A stretch of 64,000 nucleotides of DNA, taken from contig VXPQ01000032.1 in NCBI GenBank assembly GCA_009839485.1, positions 26,982 through 90,981 of the forward strand, read 5' to 3'. Shown here one piece after another: positions 8,847 to 17,691 of this stretch; position 1 is the stretch's first letter, and the number at the start of each line of letters is the position of its first letter. A program made the translations under genes and the position numbers. Source of the stretch: Bacteroidetes bacterium SB0662_bin_6. GTDB lineage: Bacteria; Bacteroidota; Rhodothermia; Rhodothermales; VXPQ01. A model generated the notes under the pieces. It was given only the letters and a program-made list of their open reading frames with translations, was not told the DNA's origin and ran no database searches.

Positions 8847-10555
8847 TATGCCCCTCCCTTGCGGCTGGCTTCCATTAAATCCTGTGCGCTTTGCAGCGCC
8901 GCATCCGTAACATCGGCCCCGGCCATCAGTCCGGCCAGATGTTCTGCCCGCTGATTTTCGACCAGTCGCCGTATGCGCGTTTTCGTACGATCCCCTTCTA
9001 CATATTTCTCGACCACAAAGTGCGTATCCCCTTGCACCGCAATCTGGGGCAAATGGGTAATCGCGACAATCTGATGGTTTGCGGCCAGCACGTGCAGGCT
9101 TTGCCCTACCTTGCTGGCTACCGCTCCTGAAATGCCTGTGTCGATCTCGTCGAACACCAGAATCGGGAACGCCTCGCTTCGCGCCAGTACGGTCTTCAAA
9201 GCCAGCATGATGCGGCTGATTTCCCCGCCGGAAGCCACACGGGCAAGCGGCCGCAACGCTTCCCCCCTGTTCGTCGAGATGTAAAACTCGACGCGATCCA
9301 TGCCCGAGGCATGCGCCGCCATGCGCCGATCCCCGGCAAGAATCCAGCCCTCGGGGTCCTCGTCCACCGAAAACCGGACCTCGAACCGGCAATCGACCAT
9401 GCCGAGTTTGCTGCACTCCTCCTCCACTGCTTCCCGGATAGCATCGGCCACCTCCTGGCGCCGGGCGCTCAGGCGTACGGCGGCTCCCGACAAAGCCTCC
9501 TGTGTCGTCGTTATACGATTCGCCAGGGCATCGAGCGCTTCGTCGAAACGCTCTGCCTCGTCTCGGGCCTCACCGATCCTGCGCCGGTGTTCAAGAACCG
9601 CTTCCAGCGTACCTCCGTATTTCCGGGCCAGTCCCCGTATATCGACGAGCCGGGTTCTGATTTCTTCGAGCCGCTCCGGGTCGAACGCCGCCTGCTCACC
9701 ATACTGCTTCAGAAACGAAGACGTCTCCGCCGTGACGATACAGGCGGAATCGATCTCGCCAAGTATTTCCTCGAAACGGAGATCGATCTCCGCCAGTTCG
9801 CGCAGTTCGTCGCGTACGGCAACCAGTTGGTCGTGGATGGAATCCCCGCCTTCATACAAGGCGGAACTCAGCCGGACGGATGCCTCGTGCAGACGTTCCG
9901 CATGCTCCAGCACCCGCCGCTCGTTTTCGAGAAGTTCTTCTTCCCCTTCCCGGGGCGATATCCGATCGATCTCCTCGATCTGAAACGCATGGAGCGCCCG
10001 CTTTTCCTCCATATCGCGCTGCCGGGCCGTCAGCACGTCCCGTTCGGCAAGCAGCGCCGAGAAACTTCGGAAATGATCCGTGTATGATTCGCACGCCTCT
10101 CCGAGCCGTCCAAAATCATCCAGCAGACCGATATGCGTGGAAACATTCAGCAGCGACTGATGCTCATGCTGCCCATGCAAATCGATGAGGCGGGAGGCAA
10201 CGGCTCGCATTGCCTGTAGCGTAGCGGGGGAGTCATTGATGAAGCCGCGGCTATACGACGGCGTGATTTCACGGCGCAGGATAATCACCGGGGCCGGATC
10301 CACCGCATATTCCTGAAGCAAAGACGCCACGGACGGATCGTCCGCCTGGTCGAACATCCCCTCTATTACCGCCTTTGCAGCCCCGGATCGGATGGCGGAA
10401 GGCGATGTCCGCTCTCCCAGAATCGCCTGCAGCGCCCCGATCAGAATGGATTTGCCGGCGCCCGTCTCACCCGTAATGACCGTAAGCCCCGCATCGAACT
10501 CGACACGGAGCTCCTCGATGAGTGCGTAATCGCGGACGTAAAGAGACTTCAGCAA
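8846..10555 (-). CDS. recN: DNA repair protein RecN
   Basis: N-terminus MLKSLYVRDYALIEEL...GETGAGKS (Walker A), long coiled-coil middle, C-terminal SGGEISRIMLALK signature. The stop shares 1 nt with the downstream ATG (TAATG). Confidence 0.95.
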   Translation of the reverse strand: MLKSLYVRDYALIEELRVEFDAGLTVITGETGAGKSILIGALQAILGERTSPSAIRSGAAKAVIEGMFDQADDPSVASLLQEYAVDPAPVIILRREITPSYSRGFINDSPATLQAMRAVASRLIDLHGQHEHQSLLNVSTHIGLLDDFGRLGEACESYTDHFRSFSALLAERDVLTARQRDMEEKRALHAFQIEEIDRISPREGEEELLENERRVLEHAERLHEASVRLSSALYEGGDSIHDQLVAVRDELRELAEIDLRFEEILGEIDSACIVTAETSSFLKQYGEQAAFDPERLEEIRTRLVDIRGLARKYGGTLEAVLEHRRRIGEARDEAERFDEALDALANRITTTQEALSGAAVRLSARRQEVADAIREAVEEECSKLGMVDCRFEVRFSVDEDPEGWILAGDRRMAAHASGMDRVEFYISTNRGEALRPLARVASGGEISRIMLALKTVLARSEAFPILVFDEIDTGISGAVASKVGQSLHVLAANHQIVAITHLPQIAVQGDTHFVVEKYVEGDRTKTRIRRLVENQRAEHLAGLMAGADVTDAALQSAQDLMEASRKGGA

Positions 10556-10627
10556 GGGAGCGCGAAATGCTTAAACGAGGATCTCCGCAGAAACAGACAA
10601 GAAAACACCCCAGAACATAACCCCGGT

Positions 10628-13600
10628 TCAGGAAACCAGCACCCATCCCTCTGCAATTTTTCGCTCCGCAAGTTTGTACTTGAGCGTTTGCGTTTGCCCG
10701 GTAGACGGATTCTGGATGGTCACTTTCTCATTGCGTCCGATTTTATGATCCACTACGACGGTTTCCTTTCGGGCGGTCGGGTCCCGGTCGGCAGATGCTG
10801 TCTGCCCCCCACCCGACTTGACGCCGTAGGTGGGCTCCATGGAATCGTGGCGCGCCCGCGCCCGCTTCGGATCGAGACGGCGACGTGCAGGAGCGGAACG
10901 GGCAGACCGGGCGGATTGCTCAGCGACAAGCGGCCCCGCCTTGAACACGAAAGAAACAACCTCTTCGTTGATCGTCTCCATCATCTCCGCGAAAAGCTTG
11001 AACGCTTCCATCTTGTACTCGACGAGCGGATCCCGCTGTCCGTACGCGCGAAGCCCGATCCCCTCCTTTATTTCATCGAGTTCCCGCAGGTGCCCCATCC
11101 ACTTCTCGTCGATGATATTGAGCATGGCGGTCCGCTCGAGGGTATTGTTGATGATACGCCCTTCCGTACCTACCGCCTCCTCCACCTTCACCACCGCCCG
11201 CAGCAAACGGCGCCCGTCCGTGAAATCCACGAATACGCGGGCCGGGCGGCGCTCTTCATCCTGCTCCATCACCTGTTGCATGCCCTTGTGGAACGGGCGC
11301 GACAAGGCATCCTGTTTGCGCCGGTAAAACGAGATGGCCTCATCGTAGATCAGCTGCCCCACGCCGTCTTCCCCAAGTTGCACGAATCTTTCCCGTTCGA
11401 GCTCGAATTCGAACGCCAGTTTGCGCAGGATTTCCTCATGCAGTTCATCCAGCGTGCCTTCCCCATAGTGCCTTTCCACCACCTTCGAGATGACATCCTG
11501 AAGCATTTCCAGAATCTCCCCGTGAAACCGCTCCCCCTTGAGCGCATGCAGGCGGCGGTCGTAGATCACCTGCCGCTGCGAATTGAGCACATCGTCGTAT
11601 TCGAGCTGGCGCTTGCGAATGGAGAAATTGTTTTGCTCGACTTTCTTTTGCGCCCGGGTGATACTCTTGTTCACCCACGGATGCGTAATGACGGCGCCCT
11701 CTTCCATGTTCAGGCGGTCCATCACCCTGGCAGCGCGATCCGAACCGAACAGGCGCATCAGATCGTCTTCGAGGGATACGTAAAACTGGCTTTCGCCCGG
11801 ATCCCCCTGCCGGCCCGATCGGCCCCGCAATTGCAAGTCGATCCGCCGACTCTCGTGCCGCTCGGTACCGAGAATGGCGAGTCCTCCAGCCTCGAGCACG
11901 CCGGGCCCCAGTTTGATGTCCGTACCGCGTCCGGCCATATTCGTGGCGATCGTCACAGCCCCGCGCTGCCCGGCTTCGGCCACAATATCGGCCTCTGCTT
12001 TCGCCCGGTCGCGGCGCGCATTCAACACATTATGGCCAATGCCCGACCGCTTGAGCATCCGGGACAGGGTTTCCGACACATCCACGGAGGTGGTTCCCAC
12101 CAGGACAGGCCTGCCTGCCTGATTGTACTCGGAAATTTTTTCGATGGCGGCGCGGTACTTCTCACGCTTCGTTCTGAACACCAGATCGTCGAGATCGTCT
12201 CGCGTGATAGGCCGGTTCGTCGGGACGACCACCACATCCATCTCGTAGATTTTCCAGAACTCCTCGGCTTCCGTTTCGGCGGTGCCGGTCATGCCGGAGA
12301 GCTTGTCGTACATCCGGAAATAATTCTGAAGCGTGATGGTGGCGTACGTCTGCGTCGCCGCCTGCACCTGCACCTTTTCCTTGGCTTCGATCGCCTGGTG
12401 CAACCCGTCGGAATACCGCCGACCGGAAAGCACCCGGCCGGTATGTTCGTCCACGATCTGAACCCGTCCTTCCTGTACGATGTATTCCACGTCTTTCTCG
12501 TACAGGGTATAGGCCTTGAGCAACTGCTCGATGGCGTGCAGGCGCTCCGCCCTTTCCGAATACAGCGTGTAGAGCGTGCGTTTCTCCTCCTCCTCTTCCT
12601 TGGCGAGAAGACGCACATCGTTCATGCGTTTGTTTTCCTTCTTCTCCTCATCCAGTGAATCGTCCGCCTCGATGTGCTCCTCTACCTTCCGCCGCCGTTC
12701 CGCGTAGCGGCCTTCTATGGAAGCAATCTTGTCGCCCATGTCCGGGAGCACGAACAGATCGGTATCTTCCCCGGCTGTCCGCGCCGCAAACTCGCGCCCC
12801 TGCTCCGTCATTTCGATAGCATGCTGCTTCTCCTCCAGGGCAAAGAACAACGGCTCATCCACAAGCGGCATATGCTTGGCATTATCCTGCAAGTAGAAGA
12901 ACTCCGTCTTGCGCAGCAACTGCGCCACGCCCGTTTCCTGAAGCAGCTTCTGGAGCTTCTTGTTGCGGGGAAACCCGCGGTTGGCGCGCAGGAGAGCAAG
13001 GCCGGCTTCGTTCTCGATCTCCGAGGCCGTCTTGCGGTCGCCGGCCTCTTCGGCCCGGTCCCGTTCGCGTAACCGCCGCTCCGCTTCGGACGCAAATCCG
13101 GCTACAGCCTTCTGCTGGGCATAGACCAGCTTTTCGATGACGGGCTGCAGCTCCATAAAACGGCTGTCGTTCGCCTGCGGTACGGGACCGGAAATAATGA
13201 GCGGCGTGCGCGCCTCGTCGATCAGCACGGAATCCACCTCGTCCACGATCGCAAAATGGTGGCCGCGCTGCACCAGTTGCTCCTGCTCGGATACAAACGA
13301 ATTATCCCTCAGATAGTCGAAGCCGAACTCGTTGTTCGTGCCGTACGTGATGTCGGCGCGGTATGCCTTGCGGCGGCCTTCCGAGTGCGATTCGTACTTG
13401 TCGATGACATCCACGGTCAGACCGTGAAACTCGAAGACCGGGCCCATCCATTCCGCATCGCGCTGCGCCAGATACGGGTTGACCGTCACCACATGCACGC
13501 CGCGGCCCGCCAGCGCGTTGAGATAGACCGGCAGAACGGCCACGAGCGTTTTCCCCTCGCCCGTTTTCATCTCGGCAATACGCCCCTGGTGCAGCACCAC

Positions 13601-14131
13601 GCCCCCCAGCAACTGGGCGTCGTACGGGACCATATCCCAGGAAATGCGGGTGCCTCCGGCTTCCCATTCCTTGCCTAACAGGCGGCGGCACGTTTCCTTG
13701 ATGACGGCAAACGCTTCCGCAACCATACTGTCGAGCACTTCCTCGACAATCTCCAGCCATTCTTCTTCCAGCCCATCGAGTTCGTCGAAGAGCACCCGAT
13801 GTTCCTGCGGTGAAAGTTCCTCGCTTTCATCGGTCCCGACCCCGTTTCCCGAAAATGCAGGAAGCGTCGTTTCGTCTGCAGCGGATGGATCCTGCTCCGG
13901 CACGGGTACGGCGCCCCCCAGACGGGCGCGCAGCGCTTCCTGGCTTGCTTCGTTGTCTGCTACGGCTTCCCGGATGCGTTGCCGGAAATCGTCCGTTCTG
14001 GCCCGCAGTTTCTCGTCCGAAAGGTCGGACAGATCCTCACAGGCATCGTTGATGCGCTCGACAACCGGCCAGAGCCGCTTCAGCTCCCGTTCGTTCTTGT
14101 CGCCGAACAGCGATTTGAAGAAATCTATCAT
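10628..14131 (-). CDS. secA: Preprotein translocase ATPase SecA (long, 1167 aa form)
   Basis: MKTGEGKTLVA Walker A, DEVDSVLIDEARTPLIISG, TNMAGRGTDIKLG. Confidence 0.97.
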   Translation of the reverse strand: MIDFFKSLFGDKNERELKRLWPVVERINDACEDLSDLSDEKLRARTDDFRQRIREAVADNEASQEALRARLGGAVPVPEQDPSAADETTLPAFSGNGVGTDESEELSPQEHRVLFDELDGLEEEWLEIVEEVLDSMVAEAFAVIKETCRRLLGKEWEAGGTRISWDMVPYDAQLLGGVVLHQGRIAEMKTGEGKTLVAVLPVYLNALAGRGVHVVTVNPYLAQRDAEWMGPVFEFHGLTVDVIDKYESHSEGRRKAYRADITYGTNNEFGFDYLRDNSFVSEQEQLVQRGHHFAIVDEVDSVLIDEARTPLIISGPVPQANDSRFMELQPVIEKLVYAQQKAVAGFASEAERRLRERDRAEEAGDRKTASEIENEAGLALLRANRGFPRNKKLQKLLQETGVAQLLRKTEFFYLQDNAKHMPLVDEPLFFALEEKQHAIEMTEQGREFAARTAGEDTDLFVLPDMGDKIASIEGRYAERRRKVEEHIEADDSLDEEKKENKRMNDVRLLAKEEEEEKRTLYTLYSERAERLHAIEQLLKAYTLYEKDVEYIVQEGRVQIVDEHTGRVLSGRRYSDGLHQAIEAKEKVQVQAATQTYATITLQNYFRMYDKLSGMTGTAETEAEEFWKIYEMDVVVVPTNRPITRDDLDDLVFRTKREKYRAAIEKISEYNQAGRPVLVGTTSVDVSETLSRMLKRSGIGHNVLNARRDRAKAEADIVAEAGQRGAVTIATNMAGRGTDIKLGPGVLEAGGLAILGTERHESRRIDLQLRGRSGRQGDPGESQFYVSLEDDLMRLFGSDRAARVMDRLNMEEGAVITHPWVNKSITRAQKKVEQNNFSIRKRQLEYDDVLNSQRQVIYDRRLHALKGERFHGEILEMLQDVISKVVERHYGEGTLDELHEEILRKLAFEFELERERFVQLGEDGVGQLIYDEAISFYRRKQDALSRPFHKGMQQVMEQDEERRPARVFVDFTDGRRLLRAVVKVEEAVGTEGRIINNTLERTAMLNIIDEKWMGHLRELDEIKEGIGLRAYGQRDPLVEYKMEAFKLFAEMMETINEEVVSFVFKAGPLVAEQSARSARSAPARRRLDPKRARARHDSMEPTYGVKSGGGQTASADRDPTARKETVVVDHKIGRNEKVTIQNPSTGQTQTLKYKLAERKIAEGWVLVS

Positions 14132-14312
14132 GGTGCGCAGGGCGCGGAAATAAAGGGAATAATCGGTTTGCCGGAAGAAATGTCCGACAGACTGGCAGGG
14201 AACAGAATATCACGCCGAACTGCAAAAACCGTTCCTTGCCAAGATGATGACAAAAGCCCCTGCTTTCGTATCTCCAAAGGCAACATCAGACCGCAATCTC
14301 CGTTCATGTAGT

Positions 14313-15299
14313 ATGCGTACTCCTTATGTCCGCCCCTTCCTCCTTGCGGCAATCCTTGTCCTGACCGGGACGGGCGCCCTTCCGGCGGCGGCCCAGTCCG
14401 GATCGGCCACCACCTTCTCATTCCTGCGGCTTGCCCCTTCCGCACGGGCCGCCTCGCTGGCCGGCGCATTCTCCGCCGTATACGATGAAGACGTCAACGC
14501 CCTCTTCTATAACCCGGCCCTGCTCAATCCGGACATGCACCGCACGCTCTCCGTCACCTACCTCAACCATCTGGGGGGTATCCATGCGGGATTCGTATCG
14601 CATGCCCGGCATTGGGAAGGCATCGGCACACTTGGCGCGGGACTGCGCTACGTAACCTGGGGCAACATCGATGGATACGATGCGACCGGCAACGCTACGG
14701 AAAGCTTCGGAGCAAACGACGCGGCGCTCACCGCATCCTGGGCCCGCGCCCACGACGAACGCTTGCGGTACGGCGCAAACCTCCATGCCGCGTTCTCCAG
14801 GATTGAAACAGCCAGCGCCTCGGCCTTCGCCGCAGACGCCGGCGTGCTCTACCATTTCTCCGAACAGCAACTGGCCCTGAGCGCCTCCGTGCATAACATA
14901 GGTATTGTGGTGGATGCGCTCGGCTCGTCCAGGGATACGCTGCCGCTCGATCTGCGCATAGGGGTCTCGAAACGCTTGCGGCATCTGCCGCTACTCATCG
15001 CCTTGTCGGGCTATAACCTGAACCGGATAGGCGAAGAAAGCGAAGGCCGAAACGCGGTGTCGGGCGTGCTCCGGCACGTAGCCCTCGGGTGGGAATTCTT
15101 TTTCAGCGATGCGTTCCGGCTCCGCCTGGGATACAACCACCGGCAGCATCAGGACCTGAAAATGAAAAACAGGCTGGATCTGGCCGGTGTGGGCGTGGGA
15201 TGCGGAATCAGGGTGGCAAGCTTCCGCTTCGACTATGCCTTCAACTCCTGGTCAACTCTCGGAGGCCTGCATCAGATCACCGTACGCACGAGTATCTGA
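14313..15299 (+). CDS. PorV/PorQ-family outer-membrane beta-barrel protein (T9SS-associated family); subfamily uncertain
   Basis: Signal peptide ending in AAAQS. FSFLRLAPSARAASLAGAFSAV...NPALL N-terminal motif and alternating beta-strand pattern. Start moved to the ATG at 14313. Confidence 0.55.
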   Translation: MRTPYVRPFLLAAILVLTGTGALPAAAQSGSATTFSFLRLAPSARAASLAGAFSAVYDEDVNALFYNPALLNPDMHRTLSVTYLNHLGGIHAGFVSHARHWEGIGTLGAGLRYVTWGNIDGYDATGNATESFGANDAALTASWARAHDERLRYGANLHAAFSRIETASASAFAADAGVLYHFSEQQLALSASVHNIGIVVDALGSSRDTLPLDLRIGVSKRLRHLPLLIALSGYNLNRIGEESEGRNAVSGVLRHVALGWEFFFSDAFRLRLGYNHRQHQDLKMKNRLDLAGVGVGCGIRVASFRFDYAFNSWSTLGGLHQITVRTSI

Positions 15300-15319
15300 T
15301 TCTATACGATCTCCTTTCC

Positions 15320-16240
15320 CTATTCAGGATTCTCCTGTAGCAGGCTTTGCTTCCTGGAGTAAATCAGGGTCGTGTCGCGCGTACCGTGCCGCATGCGCTT
15401 CATGACCTCTTCGATACCCATGCCCTTGTTCAGCCAGATGAGAGGCGCCGTGTGCGTGAGGCTGTGCGGACTGACGCCGCTTCGTTTCAGGTTGGCCGCC
15501 GCCAGACACCGGTTGATCCGGCTTCGGACGGAACGCGTATTCAGGCGTTGCCCGTTCGATCGATGGCCGTGTGACACGAATAACGGATGTTCGGGCAGCA
15601 CGGAATCGCGCGCTTCGAGATAGCGCTCTATTTTTTCGATCACCGGAGGATCCAGTGGCGCCTGCCGATCCTTGCCGGCACGCCCCTTGCCCTGCACCCG
15701 CAGGAAGGTTCCGTCCAACATGCGGTCGATGTCCCGTACATCGGCCCGTACGACCTCGATCTCGCTGAGCCCTGCGTACAGCATCAGGTACACCATGGCC
15801 TGATCCCGTTTCCCAAGCAGGGTCGTATCGTCGAGCACACGCAATAACTGCCGGATGTCCGCTTCCGTAAGCACCGCGCGGGAGTGCGACAACGGACGGC
15901 GGTTCCCCTTGACTGCCAGAGCCGGGTTCTTGTCCATCAGCCCGATGACGACAAGATATTGACAGAACTGCCGGAAAGCGGTGAGATAGGTGGATACGGA
16001 CGCTTCGCTCAGCGAGCGCGTCTCCATCAGATAGGTTTTATACGCCCGGACCCCGTCCTCCGAGAAACGAAATGTGTCCGCCTGTTCGGCAAACCACCGT
16101 TCGAATTCGCGGAGCGCCCTGCTATAGGTCCCCACCGTATCGGCGCTCTTTTCCCTGAGGTACTCCCGCTGAAAATCCTGCAACCGCTTTGCAAGCTCAC
16201 CGGTTGTCAGTTTGAGGGGTTCGATGTGTGACAAAGCCAT
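15320..16240 (-). CDS. Tyrosine-recombinase (XerC/D-like) homologue with both catalytic Arg positions substituted
   Basis: SAM-like N-terminal domain plus catalytic-domain landmarks GKGRAGKDR, SPHSLTHT, MRHGTRDTTLIYSR. The expected GLR..E reads GLSEIE and the expected HxLRH reads HSLTH. Confidence 0.8.
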   Translation of the reverse strand: MALSHIEPLKLTTGELAKRLQDFQREYLREKSADTVGTYSRALREFERWFAEQADTFRFSEDGVRAYKTYLMETRSLSEASVSTYLTAFRQFCQYLVVIGLMDKNPALAVKGNRRPLSHSRAVLTEADIRQLLRVLDDTTLLGKRDQAMVYLMLYAGLSEIEVVRADVRDIDRMLDGTFLRVQGKGRAGKDRQAPLDPPVIEKIERYLEARDSVLPEHPLFVSHGHRSNGQRLNTRSVRSRINRCLAAANLKRSGVSPHSLTHTAPLIWLNKGMGIEEVMKRMRHGTRDTTLIYSRKQSLLQENPE

Positions 16241-16323
16241 TATTGCCCATGATGAAGTATCCTGCGATACACCACAGAATAGCCTCCCGGAAGATTAAAT
16301 GCAATAACGGAATTATAGAGATT

Positions 16324-17649
16324 TCAGGAACCGGAACCCATCGATTCCACAATGCGGACAAAACTGGTCAGAAATGAAGAGGCCATGGCCCCGTCGATAA
16401 TGCGGTGGTCGTAGGAAAGAGACAACCAGGCCATCTGCCGCACGGCGATCACGTCGCCGAGCCTGGGATCTTCGATCACCACCGGACGCTTCTGAATTCG
16501 CCCCACGGCAAGAATAGCCACCTGGGGCTGGTTGATGATGGGTGTCCCCTTGATCCCCCCGATCGGGCCGATGTTCGTGATGGTGAACGTGCCCCCTTGC
16601 AGATCGTCGGGTTGCAGCCGTTTGTTGCGCGCCCGGTCGGCAACATCCGCCACCGACCGCGCCAGATCGGCGAAAGACTGACGCCCTGCATTGCGAACGA
16701 CGGGAGCGACCAGCCCGGTCTTGCCGATAGCTACCGCCACATTGATATGGAAATCGTCCCGCAGCACGATCTCGTCTCCATCCACGGACGCATTCAGAAC
16801 CGGATGCTCCCGGAGCGCTTCTATCGCCGCATGGACAAAAAACGGGGTGTAGGTCAATTTGGCGCCTTCCCGCTCCAGAAACGCCTCTTTTTCCTGCTGG
16901 ATGAAGGCGACAAGGTCCGTCATATCCACCTCCGCAAAAGAGGTCACATGCGGAGAAGTCGCCTTCGAGCGCACCATGTGCTCCGCAATGATCTTCCGGG
17001 TGCGATCCATTTTAACAACCCGCGTCTCAGGCCCTTCGGCAGGTTCGACAGGTTGCAGTTCCGGAAATCCGGGTTCGTCCACTGACCGGTTGGCCACATA
17101 ATCGAGCACATCTTTCTTCGTGACTCGCCCATCCCGGCCCGATCCCGTAATAGATTCGAGTTCGGCAGTGCTTACCCCTTCCTGTTCGGCGATGGAGCGC
17201 ACCAGCGGGGAGAAAAACGAGTCGCTTGTTCCCTCCTTCGGAGCGGCAGCGCCCCTCGGTGCAAACGCCGCAGCCTCTGAGGCATGGTCGGACGACGGAT
17301 CCGGCGGATCGGGCGCCACCGGAGCAGGAGGTTCGGGTGCCGGTTCCGGCTCGGGCTCCGGCTCCGGCGCCTCGCTGACCGGTTCAGGGGTATCGGGGGC
17401 TTCCTCGTTTTCGTCGGTAATTACGGCAAGCAGCGTGCCCACATCCACCGTCTCGCCCTCCGCCACCAGAATCTCAGCCACAACGCCCCCGACAGGCGAC
17501 GGCACATCGGTGTCCACCTTGTCGGTCCCTATCTCAAGCAGCGTTTCGTCCTGCTCAATGCGCTCGCCGGGCTTCTTGTGCCATTCGACCACCGTGCCCT
17601 CGGTGATACTTTCGCCCATTTGGGGCATGGTAATTTCAACCCTGGCCAT
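16324..17649 (-). CDS. 2-oxo acid dehydrogenase complex E2 (dihydrolipoyllysine-residue acyltransferase)
   Basis: Lipoyl domain MPQMGESITEGTV...EIGTDKV, Pro/Glu-rich linker, E3-binding domain, catalytic DHRIIDG motif. Confidence 0.9.
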   Translation of the reverse strand: MARVEITMPQMGESITEGTVVEWHKKPGERIEQDETLLEIGTDKVDTDVPSPVGGVVAEILVAEGETVDVGTLLAVITDENEEAPDTPEPVSEAPEPEPEPEPAPEPPAPVAPDPPDPSSDHASEAAAFAPRGAAAPKEGTSDSFFSPLVRSIAEQEGVSTAELESITGSGRDGRVTKKDVLDYVANRSVDEPGFPELQPVEPAEGPETRVVKMDRTRKIIAEHMVRSKATSPHVTSFAEVDMTDLVAFIQQEKEAFLEREGAKLTYTPFFVHAAIEALREHPVLNASVDGDEIVLRDDFHINVAVAIGKTGLVAPVVRNAGRQSFADLARSVADVADRARNKRLQPDDLQGGTFTITNIGPIGGIKGTPIINQPQVAILAVGRIQKRPVVIEDPRLGDVIAVRQMAWLSLSYDHRIIDGAMASSFLTSFVRIVESMGSGS

Positions 17650-17691
17650 ATCCGCTTTGCGATGATTGCTTTCGGGAACCGCAACCGTATT

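Noticed and set aside
8847-9416. N-terminal 190 aa extension of the phosphohexomutase ORF, overlapping recN.
   Set aside because: The extension is Arg/Gly-rich and has no homology-like features. It lies entirely inside the well-supported recN frame. The canonical MADIRFGTDGWRA start is at 8846.
15320-16240. The Xer-like gene as a marker of an integrated mobile element.
   Set aside because: Both neighbours are core-type genes (PorV/PorQ-like, E2). There are no flanking direct repeats, tRNA or cargo genes. The protein itself lacks both catalytic Arg residues.
17330-17400. Short tandem GGCTCC/GGTTCC DNA repeats that could look like a micro-repeat array.
   Set aside because: They encode the Pro/Glu/Ala linker (PEPEPEPEPAPEPP) between the lipoyl and E3-binding domains of the E2 protein. 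This is ordinary coding low complexity, not a CRISPR or VNTR feature.
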